Of a DNA stretch of 64,000 bases, positions 51,126 through 63,785 are shown one piece after another. How positions within the stretch are numbered: the first letter of the stretch is position 1; each line of letters starts with the position of its first letter. Under the pieces are notes generated by a model that was not told the origin of the DNA, did not search any database, and saw only the letters and a program-made list of their open reading frames with translations. Origin of the DNA: Octopus vulgaris (taxonomy: Eukaryota); assembly GCA_951406725.2 (NCBI GenBank), contig OX597814.1, forward strand, positions 23,374,001 to 23,438,000. Reading direction: 5' to 3'. Made by a program: the position numbers and the translations under genes.

Positions 51126-53779
51126 AACTGTTGTCAATATTAAGATCAATAAAATATTGTGGTTGAAATGCTTAAACATATTTAATAATTAAATGATTTT
51201 AAAAGTTAAAATGTGAAATTGTGTGACTCAGGTAAAAAAGAAAAACATTGTCAATCTAAACCTGAAAGGGAAAAAAAAAATCATATTTCAATATTTTATT
51301 GTATGAAAATATAGATTTAAAATTATAAAAAGAAAACACTCTTTAGTATTTACTTCAGCATAGAACTGATTTGAAATGTATAAGAGAAAGATAAATGGAT
51401 TTCTTATGGTACACACTATGTGCAACTTGCTATTGTAAAATTACAATTATTTTGAACGATTATTTTACATAGCAGGGCTTCCCTTCAACAGAATTTTATT
51501 ACTCATGAAAAATTTTCATTTTCAATGAGAGAAACAGTTAGTTTATAACATTTTCCATTAACTATTTGATTTGTAATAAAACTGTTCCTTTGTGTTTTCA
51601 CACTTAAATATTCTGGAAACATCTACAATATTTGAAAAAAAAAAAATATTGGGTTTAATTTTCCTGGGAAGGTGTTAAAAGTTATGTACCTGAATTTATA
51701 GGAGTTTTAGAGAAACTATTGTTGGAGAAGGTATTCTTATATATACATTTCTCTGTTGCATTCACACATTATTCCCCCCAAAAGACTTGGTAAGAAAGTA
51801 ATTTTCCTACAGCCTTACATACGACATATCTAACCACCAAATCAACCCAAAACAAGCAACACTAGAATTAAAAGCATTCAATCCATGGCTGTTTTGTCAT
51901 ATTTCCTTGCTACATTGCACTCACTAACATATTATACGTTATGTCATTACATTTTTAAGATTATATGATGTGATTTAAGTATGATTTTACTGCTATTTCT
52001 AGGAGTCTAAGTGGTCACATATGGGCTCTTGAATTTAGTAATTGACATGAGGAATGGCATGTAGTTAATCTCTATAAGAGAACTCTATTGTTGAGTAAAT
52101 TGATTTCATGTGGTACAACATGTTTCTCATTTAAATGATCAAAATGTTCCACATTAGTCTGCACAACAGAATTCATTAACATGAAACTTGATTATTATTA
52201 TTATGATGAAGCACGGACTTTTTCATTGGGTGAATAATAGTATTTCTGTTCTCTAATTCTGTCTCTCATCTTTCTTTTCATTATTATTGTTATTGTCATT
52301 TTAATCTCCACTTTTCCATACATTGGACAAGATTCTAAAACATTTATTTCTTGATTATTATATCTGGTCAGATTAGCCCAGACTATTTCATTTTATGGCC
52401 TAATATCACTAAAACTCCCACATAGTTTCAGAGTTGCTCCAATTAATTGACCGTGTTTATTCCATTACATCATCATACACAATGATTCTTTGCTTTCAGA
52501 GGCATCCATGTCCAGCTGGCTTGTATTATCTCATAAATTTGATTTATTTCAATATATGGAGATCAGATCTTATTCTTTCAAATTCCACTGCTATGTAGAT
52601 TATCAATTCGTAAACCTACATCATATCATCATTATCTATCTTTATCTGGAAGGACATAATTCCTTTAAATTTCTTCACACCAATCTGAATTTCAATTTCT
52701 TTACAATCAGTAGTCATCTAAATAACTCTGTCTTCCAGCTGAAGTGAATCATCATTCAAGTTCATAACTTGTGTTCTGTGCATTAGAATTCACTCAAAGT
52801 GTTAGATCATTTTAAGATAGCTTGGAATGCAATATCTTATTACACTTTTATTATAGCCAAAGTGCAAAGAAGCTATTTTCAAAATATTCGTTTTTGTTGC
52901 TAAAAGTTTTGAATTTGATTCTGAATTTTCAAGAAAAGTTTGAAACTTTTAACTAAGCCAGACAAAGCTCAGGAAGTTATATTCCTTGGCAAAAGATTTC
53001 AGCATAATAAGCATTGTGAGTGTAAATGGCTTTCATTGGAGAGTCAATTGTTATTCTGTATGTGTCTATTTTTGAACAGAATAAACCATGTGCATAGAAA
53101 GAATGTATAAAATGTGATTACTAAGATGATCCTCTTTCAATTCCCTTTTTATTGCTACTTATTTTGTTTTGTTTAAGTGTAAGCATGTATTTACAGTTGA
53201 GTCACTAATTAACTCTTTTGTAACTTTTGTAACTCATAGTGCAAATAGGCAGTGTATTTCTAATGAAATGCACTGCCTATTTTCATTTTAATTAATTTTG
53301 AAAATAATCAGGCATTTCGAGTTATTTGGTCCTTTAAAATAATTCTGTTTTAATTAAGTTGAAGTTTAAAGTAACAGAATATTCATATACAACATTGTAT
53401 GCATTTTACATCAAATATAAATACTTTAAAAGTAAATGTTTTATGCAATCATAATTTTTTATAAATGTTAATCTTACCTTTAGAACTAAAAAAAAATATT
53501 TTGATATTTAGATCTTGACTGGTCTGATTTCCACTCATCACCTGGTGTCTTATTCCAAAACTAGTACTATATATGATCAAACTGATTTATACGCGGTGTA
53601 CATGTAAATTTAAAAAATAATCTTCATCTCTCAAGATGTGATCATTTGTCTGAAAAACTATTATCAAATTAATGATAATTCAACTCAGACATTTAACAAC
53701 ATTTTTTTTCTTGAGCTTTACTTGCTGAGTGCAGAGGCAGGGGCAGTGCCAAAGACTGTTGCAAGTTCTCCATGAGTGT

Positions 53780-54035
53780 GGAGTCTGATGCTGTTTAAAC
53801 TGTTGTGGGTCAATGACTGCAAGAAAGATATGAGCCGGGACATGGTTTTAGAGAGCCAATGTTTTGATAGGTAAGTTCTAGGTATAGGGGATTGCGCAGA
53901 GCTAGGGGAAAGGAATGCAACTAGGTTGGCAAGAGATTGAGAGACAAGTGGATCTGTAGTGCCTGAGAGAAGAAGATATGAGACTAGCCAGCTCCAAGGA
54001 ACAGAAATTTTATATCGTATAATTAGACCTGACCA
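53780..54035 (-). mobile_element. 3' end of CR1/Jockey-group LINE
   Basis: Minus strand CSLELASL..NHVPAHIF..IDPQQFKQH, same type of motif as the C-terminus of 44230-45880. Confidence 0.5.
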
Positions 54036-54409
54036 GAAGTAGCTTGATATTATAATGGTCAAGCTCTGATAAATTGAATGTTATTCTATAATTTGACCAA
54101 CAAGGTGCAAGCATGTATGGTTAAGAAGTTCACTTCACAACCACATATGTTTGGATTCAATTCCATTATATAGAATGTCATCATATATTATCTTGCACTT
54201 GTTTCAGTCATTAAACTGCAACCATACAGGGGAATTACCTCGAAGAATTTTGGTTGAATGAATCGACTGCAGTTTTTGAATTTTTTTCTTTGAATCTTGA
54301 TACCTTTTCTGTTAGTCCTTTTGCTAACCTGCTACACACATAAAAGCAGTCATGAAAGACAAACACAAACACAAAGACACACAGATACGCAGACTCACAC
54401 ACGTGCACG

Positions 54410-54763
54410 TATGCATGTGTGTATGTATGTATGTATGTATGTATGTATGTATGTATGTATGTATGTATGTATGTATGTATGTATGTATGTACGTACGTTT
54501 GTATGTATGTATGTATGTATGTATGTATGTATGTATGTATGTATGTAGGTATGTACGTATGTATGTATGTATGTGAATATATATATAAATATATATATAT
54601 ATATATGTCCATTTCCTTGGTTTTGTGTTTATGTTTTCGTTTCTCATTGTGTTCGACGTTTTTTTGGTGTCCTGTACCCATATATGCATGTATATATACA
54701 TGTAGAGGTACGTACGTACATATATGTATGTATATATGCATATGTTTTATTTATTTATTAATT

Positions 54764-54824
<61 letters not shown>
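54410..54824. repeat. (TATG)n and (AT)n microsatellites with a short intervening repeat (also at ~18040-18260)
   Basis: Seen directly; shared ..ttttggtgtcctgta..tatatgcatgtatatatacatgtaga. Confidence 0.85.
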
Positions 54825-54828
<4 letters not shown>

Positions 54829-54859
54829 GAAAGAGAGAAAGAGAGAAAAGAAATAGAGC

Positions 54860-56280
54860 AACAATTATCAATTAGAAGTTGGTATTAAATTGTCATAGAT
54901 TAACTGTAGTTAAAATAACCTTTACAGCTGATTCAGTTTGTTATTTTTTAGGTAAATTTGCATTTATCTCGTTCCATGTAACAAACATGGAATGAGATAA
55001 ATGCAACAATAGCTTGAAAAATCTCGAACATCTATTGGTTAAATGGAGCAAATGACCATATGAAGCATCATTAAATGATATACTGATTCTACCAAAATAT
55101 GTATATCTAAAAGAAGTGATTGAAAAATTAACATACTTCAACCACCGTTCACGATAGAAAGCCCTATTGTATAATAAAATAGCCAAACAGATACTACTAA
55201 CCACAACAACAGCAAGAGTTGTACCAGAGGAATTTTCAAAACTCGTAAAACATCCCCACCAAACAGCCACAAGGCAGCCTTTGAGAACGAACTATGGGAT
55301 ACTATTAAGGACCTAAAATTTAAACAACACCCATGAAGAAATAATACATACCAAAGAAGCTTAAAGGACCTACTACACAAACTGATATAGCAAAAGGGAG
55401 TACATTCAGACAAAACCAGGAACTCATATAATTTGGATATTAATTTATACCACCGGCTGTTGCATAAAGAAATAACGAAAAATACAAAATAGTGCCTAAT
55501 AACTTTTTAAGATCTATGAACTTATCTGCCAAGATTATAACCAACTACAACTTAGAAGAGAAAACTGAACCTTTCGCACCTTCCAGACCGCACATAACAA
55601 TTAAGGACCACAAAGAAAATTTAGACTAATCTGCCCTAATAAATCCAATCTATGCAAGCTAAGTAAATTAATTTTAGATAAATATATTTCTACTATAAAA
55701 AACAAGATCACTCTAGAATTATGGTCAAATACTCACGATGCCCTTAACTGGTTCTCCAATATATAGAATAAAAATAGTTAAAAGTTCCTACAAATAAACT
55801 CTGATTTTCAGTAAAAAACATACCAAATTGACAATGAATGAACGAGGTAATCATAGACGCTAAGAAATCTATAATAAAATTCGATAACAAAATATGGGTA
55901 AGGACTGACACCCCAATTGTTTCGACATCACTATGGGGCCTCCAGACTAGGCACAGGTGTCTAATTTAGTGGGTATTTACCTATTAACTCATTTACACGA
56001 AGAATTTCCCAGAGATTAGAGGAGGCCTTTACAGAGATGATGCATTATTTATCCTTAAAAATACCTCCAATTGGAAGGTTGAACTACTAAAGAAAATTTA
56101 TATAAATTCTTTAAATGGTTTGGATTAAATATCACGATAGAAAAAGAGTATAATTCTATTAACTATTTAGATGTCAATTGTAATTTAACCCCGGGATTAC
56201 ACGAACCATATATTAAATCTAATACCAACCTCAAATATATTAATGGACAGAGCAACCACCCAAACTTTATAAAAAGAAGT
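54860..56280 (+). mobile_element. Penelope-like element, decayed reverse transcriptase
   Basis: SDKTRN, HITIKDHKEN, LWSNTHDALNWF, FDITMGPPD*AQVSNLVGIY, GGLYRDDALF, NYLDV, PYIK..YINGQSNHP. Confidence 0.88.
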
Positions 56281-56289
56281 CTTCTTTTT

Positions 56290-56790
56290 ATATTAAATCA
56301 TGTATTGTGGTAATGGGTAGGGACAAGGGGGGGGTAATCAGATGTTAGACAGGTCAGCTAATGACCTGTAATGTAGGTATGAGCAGTATTTAGAGAATAA
56401 GAATTTATCTTTATGTAAGCATGTCCTATTTTTCTTGTCACGTTTATTAAGTAATTCTGATTTGACCAGTAAAATGAAGAATATCTCATTAATGTATAAA
56501 TTATGGCGATTATTTTTAAGGTTATATGAAGATGTTTTGTCTAGGATGCACCATTCAAGTCTATGATTAATGTTATTATCTTTAAGTCCCTAGATGTAAC
56601 TACTTAATTCAGTAGAGTTAGCCTTATTTCTATTTCTGAAACTTGAGAGATGGGAATTATATCTAAGTTTCATTTAATTTTTAGTTGCTCCTACATACGT
56701 TTTCTTGTAAGTATTGGAGGATACATCACATTGATAGATTACATTCTTAGTTTTATGTTTATTCAAGAATTCACAAGTATTTTTTCTCTT
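56290..56790 (-). mobile_element. Penelope-like GIY-YIG endonuclease C-terminus and 3' end (inverted)
   Basis: Minus strand KNVIYQCDV..KTYVGAT..KLRYNSHLSSFRN..STELSSYI*GLKD..EWCILDK..LLNKR..CLHKDKFL. Confidence 0.85.
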
Positions 56791-57157
56791 CAGCCACATA
56801 GATTAGTAATGTGCCTCCACATTGCCTGATGTAAACTAAGTTTTCTTTAGCAATGGCCTACATTATTCAGAGAATAGAAGTGGCACTGTGTCAGACTTCC
56901 TTCTCTTGGAAAAGCTTAAAGCACAAGCATCACTTGACTTTCTAACATCTTTGTTGTGTATTATATGTTGTGTAGGAAAAAGAAAAAAGCAAACACGTAA
57001 TGAAAAGGCCATTTTAGAACAAAGTATGTGTCAGTGTGGGTGACAGGCTCTCTCAACACTTACTACAAGAGGCACCTGCCATCATCATGTTTGTGCTACT
57101 CATGTTAAAGAAAACAAGCAAATGATGGCATCTCTTGAAAGTGAGTTTCAGCCACGA

Positions 57158-57225
57158 TGTATGTATGTGTGTGTATGTGTGTGTACATACATAATACATA
57201 CATACAAACATACACACACACACAA

Positions 57226-57262
<37 letters not shown>

Positions 57263-57429
57263 AATACATATATACACATATACATATATATATTATATAC
57301 ATATACATATATACACATACATACATATGTTATTATGTATGTATGAATGTATGTATGTATGTATGTATGTATGTATGTATGTATGTATGTATGTATGTAT
57401 GTATGCATATATATATGCATGTATGTATG

Positions 57430-57477
<48 letters not shown>

Positions 57478-57544
57478 TATATATAAATTAAATTAGAGAT
57501 GAAACCACTATTAGGCAACTCAAGTTTGGTTTTACTCCCCAATA

Positions 57545-57615
<71 letters not shown>
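57158..57615. repeat. Compound (TG/CA/TATG/AT) microsatellite
   Basis: Seen directly. Confidence 0.9.
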
Positions 57616-57616
<1 letters not shown>

Positions 57617-58162
57617 TTATATATGTTGTGTAGGAAAAAGAAAAAAATGTAGGTCAGTAGATAGCAGTGATATATTTTATGACAAAATAGCAACTTTTAT
57701 TAGATTTTAAACTAATAAATTTCACGTCTTCAATATCAGTATCATTTCAATCCAATTTAAAATAAGGAAACATTTGTTGACTATTTAGATTGGAAAATCT
57801 ATTTGAAATTTGTAAATATAAATTATATACCACTGACTGATTATACTAGAGATGAGCTACTTCGACTAAAAATGATGCTTTATTAGTTGGCTTTCTTTCT
57901 TTTTTCCTTTTCCTTTTTTCTTTCTTTTTTTTTTGGTCATGAAAACACAAAGATTAATATGATCAATTTAGAGATTCCTTTAGAGAAATATTCAAGTTGA
58001 AAATCTTGCATCTTTCAAACACAATTTGTGAAAAACTAAACATATCAATGCTTATACGGTCATGAGTAAAATAATATCTGCTATTTATGGGATTCATTAT
58101 TTGTCACATAAAATTATTCTACATTGAATTGTATGTTTTATACAACATTAATGGAATATTAA

Positions 58163-58467
58163 CCCTTTAGCATTTAAACTAGCCATATCTGGTCCAGATA
58201 TTCTGTATTTTCTTTAGAATTGTTCTCCCTGTAACTGTCCTGTTACTACAGGGGAGAAAACTCATATGGTTACATGATGCGCCCACAGTGTGCTAAAGGT
58301 TAAACTGGCCAAATCCAGCCCCTCACACCTTCTCAATAATATCATTCTAAAGATTAACAATCACATCATCAAAATCTCAAATTTATGAGATTATGCATAA
58401 TTAATTCATAAAAACTATGTGAATAAATAAGCATTACATTTGACAAAGTAATCTGAATGCTAAAGGG
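58163..58467. mobile_element. piggyBac-type MITE
   Basis: TTAA|ccctttagcatt ... aatgctaaaggg|TTAA. Confidence 0.8.
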
Positions 58468-59044
58468 TTAAACTAAAACTAAATTTTAGGTTTAAATTCA
58501 AACTAGCTGAGTTGCTAATAAGATTGATAATTAAGCCAGTAATCTCACAGAAGTACCAAAACAACAAATTTATTTAATCTCAAAGTCTATTCCTTATAGT
58601 AGTATTAACAACGAATTTTAGGCTTAAAACAGTTGAAAACAAACTAGTACTTCCTAATCAGCATATGAAAGCAACATGTTAAAAAAATCTATTACCAGCA
58701 GAAACAATACTAATGAAAATTGATTAATGATAATGCTGTATTGGAAAATAATTAATCAGAAAACTTTTTATGAGAAATGAGTAGGCAGATACATTCTAAA
58801 AAATAGTCTGCAATAAAGATTCCAAGGCTGTGAAGGTATTTGCATATTGGTTTATTACAAGCGTCTGTTTGAACATTTATTGGACTGTATGAAATGTATA
58901 TAATATGTTGGTAACAGGTTATATATAGTTGTTATATGTTTTTATTTATTATACGTAGTATACAGTATACTATAATATATATGTGTGTGTATGTATGTAT
59001 GCATGTGTATACATGTATCATGCATATATATGTAGATGTATATC

Positions 59045-59126
59045 TATATTAAATCAAAGACTGGAATTTATGGTATTATCTTTAATTAAAGAAAATACCA
59101 TAAACACCAGTCTTTGATTTAATATA
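59045..59126. repeat. 82-bp spacerless palindrome
   Basis: tatattaaatcaaagactgg..tttatggtatt.tctttaa|ttaaaga.aataccataaa..ccagtctttgatttaatata. Confidence 0.9.
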
Positions 59127-59239
59127 TTCATATACCGCATCCTATATACTTGTCCAAGAATTTCAGCCTGCATTGATATTTTCCTTCTTAATGATAAACC
59201 ATCTATGGATATACATTTGGTAACTGGTATTTGCAGAAA

Positions 59240-59470
59240 GATAGTGACCTGGCAGAAACGTTAACATGCCGGTCCAAATGCCTAGCGGTATTTCATCTGC
59301 CGTTACGTTGTGAGTTCAAATTTCGTCGAGGTCGACTTTGCCTTTCATCCTTTCGGGGTCGATAAATTAAGTACCAGTTACACACTGGGGTCGATGTAAT
59401 CGACTTAATACCTATGTCTGTCCTTGTTTGTCCCCTCTGTGTTTAGCCCCTTGTGGGTAATAAAGAAATA
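59240..59470 (+). mobile_element. SINE family B with 14-bp TSD
   Basis: TSD ggtatttgcagaaa 59226-59239 / 59471-59484. Confidence 0.85.
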
Positions 59471-59534
59471 GGTATTTGCAGAAATGCTTTCTGAGAATAC
59501 AGTTTAGATATTAATCCTGCCTGTTTACTAGATA

Positions 59535-59879
59535 AAAAGGGTAAAGATCCCCATCGGTCATGAATGACGATGGGATTGCACCTAGCAAGTTTCCCTCCGA
59601 GGCACCAGTCTGGGCAAGCCTGTTTATGAAAGACTGGCAGTTACCCATGCATACCAGTCTTCTTTCTCCATGCCACCGATGTTATTCAAGGGAAAGGAAA
59701 AGGGTGATACAGCTTGGCATTAGTGATGCTGCACCTCACTTCTACAGCCAGGTGAGCTGGAGCAACATGACCTAAAGTGTCTTGATCAAGGACACAACAA
59801 CACACAGCCTAGTTTGAGAACTGAACTCACTACATCATGATTGTGAGTCTGACACTCTAACCTCTGAGCCATGCACCTT
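59535..59879 (-). mobile_element. tRNA-derived SINE related to family E
   Basis: Minus strand gaaggtgcatggctcagaggttagagtg..gtgagttcagttc..gtgtccttgatcaagacacttta. Confidence 0.65.
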
Positions 59880-59913
59880 CATCTATATTTTCTCTTTGTA
59901 TATAAATATATAT

Positions 59914-60341
59914 ATACATTATTATATCAAGGGCTATTACTATAAGTAATGCCTCATGCTGTAAAGGGACTCTAAAGTCAAACTACTTCAGTAAATATAC
60001 ACAGGTACTGAAATCGGGGGAAATGAACATAAAAGAAGTTCCTTTAGAAAAGGTTTAGTTATATATCATTAATGCTGGATGCATTGTTGTTTGCTTGGTA
60101 TGTAGAGATATTCATATTTATATTTTCTGGTTAAGTTGTACTGATGACTGGAGAGCATATTATACATGCTGACCATGAAATCATTAATGATGTACGACTA
60201 AACCACTTTTATAGGAACTTCTTTTATATGCATTCCCCTGATGTCCATGCCTGTGTATATTTATTGAAGTAGTTTGACTTTAGAGTCCCATTACAGTGTG
60301 AGGCATTACTTATAGTAAAAGCCTTTGATATAATAATGTAT
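59914..60341. repeat. Fold-back element, ~160-bp arms (59914-60074 / 60182-60341)
   Basis: Arms are reverse complements with scattered substitutions; AT tracts nearby. Confidence 0.9.
60134..60199 (+). ncRNA. Type I hammerhead motif, cleavage nucleotide G in this copy
   Basis: agttgta CTGATGA ctgg..agcat..atgct..cca t GAAA tcattaatga TG tacgact; 7-bp stem I; stem III palindrome atcattaatgat; the inverted arm has A at the cleavage position. Confidence 0.65.
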
Positions 60342-60438
60342 TTTATATTTAAAGAAAAAATATTATATACCTTATATTAATTTTTTCCTTAATTGGTTTT
60401 CCACATTGATTACTTGATAAATCTTATATAGATTTTAT

Positions 60439-60475
<37 letters not shown>

Positions 60476-60557
60476 AATTTTTGCGTAATAAGATTAAAAA
60501 CCAAGGCTGTATAGATATTAGAGCATTTATAGATAGAAGGTCGTACAGCTGTTTCTA

Positions 60558-60600
<43 letters not shown>

Positions 60601-60605
<5 letters not shown>

Positions 60606-61468
60606 GTAGTAGTTGATAGCTTCCATTACCTAGGTGACCAAATCAGTAGTGGAGGTAAATGCTCTGAGAGTATAGCTGTGAGAATAAGAATAGGATGGGC
60701 AAAGTTCAGAGAGCTCCTACCTCTGTTGGTAACAAAGGATCTCTCTATCAGAGTGAAAGGCAGATTGTATGATGTCTATGTGTAAACAACCATGCTACAT
60801 GACAATGAAACGTGGGCTGTGACCGTTAAGGACATGTAAAGGCTTGAAAGAAATGAAGCTAGTGTGCTTCACTGGGTGTGCAATGTCAGTGTGCATGTAT
60901 GACAGAGTGCATAAGGATGAGGGTCACTGTATGAAGAAGTGCAGATCCCTAACTGTGGAGAGAACCAGTGGAAGAGGTAGATCCAGAAAGACATGGGTCA
61001 AGGTAATGAAGCATGATCTTCGAATGTTGGACATCATAGGGGCAATGGCACGTAGTTGAAACCTTTGGTGATATGCCATGCCTGAGAAGATACATCAAGC
61101 CAAGTGAAATCATCATTGTGGACGATGTGATGCCATTGTTGCATACCTGGCAACCATGCTGGTGGCATGTAAAAAGCACCATTTGAACTTTGGGCCTCAC
61201 TGAGACAAGTGACCAAGACCATTGATGATACACCATGCTTGAGAAAACCTGTCAAGCCAAGTGAGATCATAGTTGTCACCTATGCTGGTGTTTCATAACT
61301 GGCACCCATGCCAGTGGCATGTGAAAAGCACCCACTACTTTCTTGAAGTTGCTGGTTTGGGGAAGGGCAGCCAGCTGAAGAAACCATGCCAGCTTATCAG
61401 TTTTCAGTCAAACCATCCAACCTATGCCAGCATGGAACACAGATGTTAAATGACGATGATGTTGATGA
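60601..61468 (+). mobile_element. 5'-truncated RTE LINE
   Basis: VDSFHYLGDQISSGGKCSESIAVRIRIGWAKFRELLPLL..GRGRSRKTW; 3' tail ending in (GAT)n. Confidence 0.88.
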
Positions 61469-61513
61469 TATATGTGTCTGTGTGTGTACCCATATCTATA
61501 TATACATACACAC

Positions 61514-61745
61514 AAGGCGGCAAGCTAGCAGAAACATTAGCACGCCGGGCGAAATGCATTGCCGTATTTCGCCTGCCGTTACGTTCCAAGTTCAAATTCT
61601 GCCGAGGTCGACTTTGCCTTTCATCCTTTCGGGGTCGATAAATTAAGTACCAGTTATGCACTGGAGTCGATGTAATCGACTTAATCCCTTTGTCTGTCCT
61701 TGTTTTTCTCCTCTGTGTTTAGCCCCTTGTGAGTAGTAAAGAAAT
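61514..61745 (+). mobile_element. SINE family B
   Basis: aggcggcaagctagcagaaac..gccgaggtcgactttgcctttcatcctttcggggtcgataaattaagtaccag. Confidence 0.85.
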
Positions 61746-62502
61746 ATATTTATACATACACACACATGTGCACACACACACACCCAAATGGTAATTTCCT
61801 TCCAGTTTCTCTCTGCCAAATTTCACTCAAAAGTTATTGGTCAACTCATGTCCATAAAAGAGGGCACCAGTTGACAGAAGCCATGCAATAGAATTGAACC
61901 CTTAACAATGTAGTTTCAAAGTGAATGTCTTAACTACACTGTAACATCTGCGTGGCTTTATGCACCTACAATTAGCATAAATTTAATTAATTATAAACTG
62001 CCTTTCTTTTCCTCACAGCATTATGTTGGTATGAATATAGCTATTTGTTTTTGATATAGAAGGTGACCTTGTGTAAGTCCCTCCCACCAACCATTCTTTT
62101 AAATGAAATATAGGTTTAGCAATCACTTGAAATTTGTATGATCGACATTAGGCATGAATAGCCACCTATAATAAATATCTTCTTAATTGTCATTAAGCAT
62201 TTATCCATTAAATATTAGAAGAGTGAAACTAGTATTACACTAATCATGGCCTTCCTTTGTTTTCTTTCATTTACAATGGAGCTAAAGAAAGGAATTTTAA
62301 ACTGTCCAAGCTTTTATTTATTCTGTTCAGTACATAGTCATTATGTCTGTAATTGACTTCAACTATTTCTTACAATGTAATGTTTGGTAATGAGACGTTT
62401 CCCAAGTTGAATCCAAGTCATTTAACCCTTCTCATATCAACCTGTCTCAGACTAACCCTGGTTCTAAGATACATGTTTTAATGTAATCTAAATTAAAATG
62501 TG

Positions 62503-62769
62503 TGGAGGTGTGTGGCTTATTGGGTAGGGCGTCAGCATTATGATCATAAGATTGTGGTTTCAATTCCTGGACTGGGAGATGCGTTGTGTTCTTGAGAAAA
62601 AACACTTCATTTCACATTGCTCCAGTCCACTCAGCCGGCAAAAATGAGTAACGCTGCAATGGACTGGCGTTCCGTCCAGCTGGTGGGTGGGGGGAACACA
62701 TACACCTTAGAAACCGGGAAACCGGGCCCATGAGCCTGGCTAAACTTGAAAAGGGCGTAAAAAAAAAAA
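62503..62769 (+). mobile_element. SINE family E with 12-bp TSD
   Basis: TSD aaattaaaatgt 62490-62501 / 62767-62778; tRNA head, ctgcaatggactggcgttccgtccag core, poly-A. Confidence 0.85.
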
Positions 62770-62799
62770 TTAAAATGTACCATAAAAATTTCATCTTTT

Positions 62800-63018
62800 A
62801 TCTCTTTCTTGTTTCATTCATATGACTGTGGCCATACTGGGGCATCACCTTGAAGAACTTTTAGTCAGATGAATCAACTCCAGTTTCTTTAAACCTGTTA
62901 CTCATTTTATCAGTCTCTTTTGCTTAACCACTATGTTATGGGGATGTGAAACACCAACACTGGTTGTCAATTGATGGTGGGGGATAAACACAGACGCAAA
63001 GACACACACACACACACA
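62800..63018 (-). mobile_element. SINE family A, 3' half
   Basis: gactgtggccatactgggg..caccaacactggttgtcaa. Confidence 0.7.
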
Positions 63019-63019
63019 T

Positions 63020-63785
63020 ATAACGGGTAAATTGTCGCCATTTTATATTTTTAATTTCGTGCATGTGCATTGCTTGTTTTTGATTTTGTCAACTACACAG
63101 AAATTTGTGTAGTTGGCATTCACTCCAGAAACTCCAAAACAAACATTTCAGAGTACTTGGGTGTCAATGAGGACGTACTGAGAGTGATAAAAACCAAACA
63201 TCCAGTCAACATCATGGTGTCTGGAGTGATCACTAGTGATGGCGACATTATGCCTCCACTCATCTTCCTACATGGCCTCACACTTAACATGTAGGCCTAC
63301 ATCAAGTATCTAGAGGAGGGGGCACTGCCCTGGGTCAAGAGGGTGGCTGCTGGAAGGCCCTATATCAGCAAAAGTACTCTGCACCATGCCACACAAACCA
63401 GAGAACCCAGTCAATTTCTGCAACCACATCATCCCTAACATCTGGCCACCTAACTCCCCAGACTACAACCCCCTTGATTATTATGTGTGGGGCGTAATTG
63501 AGCGAGAGACCAACAAAACTCCTTGTAACACCAAAGATGAACTGAAGGCAAGGATTATGGCAGCATTCACCAACTTAAACAAGGAGACCATCCAAGAGTT
63601 GCAGGAGATTCCAAAGTTGTTTGGAGGTTGTGGTTAAAGTCAATGGCGATGTTATTGAATGAATTTACTCTTTAGTATTTTAATATATTTTTATGTACTT
63701 TTGCTAAATATACCTGTTAAAATGAGATGCCAGTGTTATTTTCATTTTGACATAATTCAAACGACAGTTTATTCACTGCACCCTA
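63020..63785 (+). mobile_element. Internally deleted Tc1/mariner-superfamily transposon (maT/DD37D-like) pseudogene
   Basis: TKHPVNIMVSGVITSDG..LPWVK..IWPPNSPDYNPLDYYVWG..NTKDELKARI; degenerate TIRs gggtaaattgtcg / cgacagtttattcactgcaccct. Confidence 0.8.

Noticed and set aside
62019-62028. 10-nt microexon after strong acceptor cctttcttttcctcacag
   Set aside because: Frame-shifting length and downstream sequence resembles an old SINE tail; no independent support
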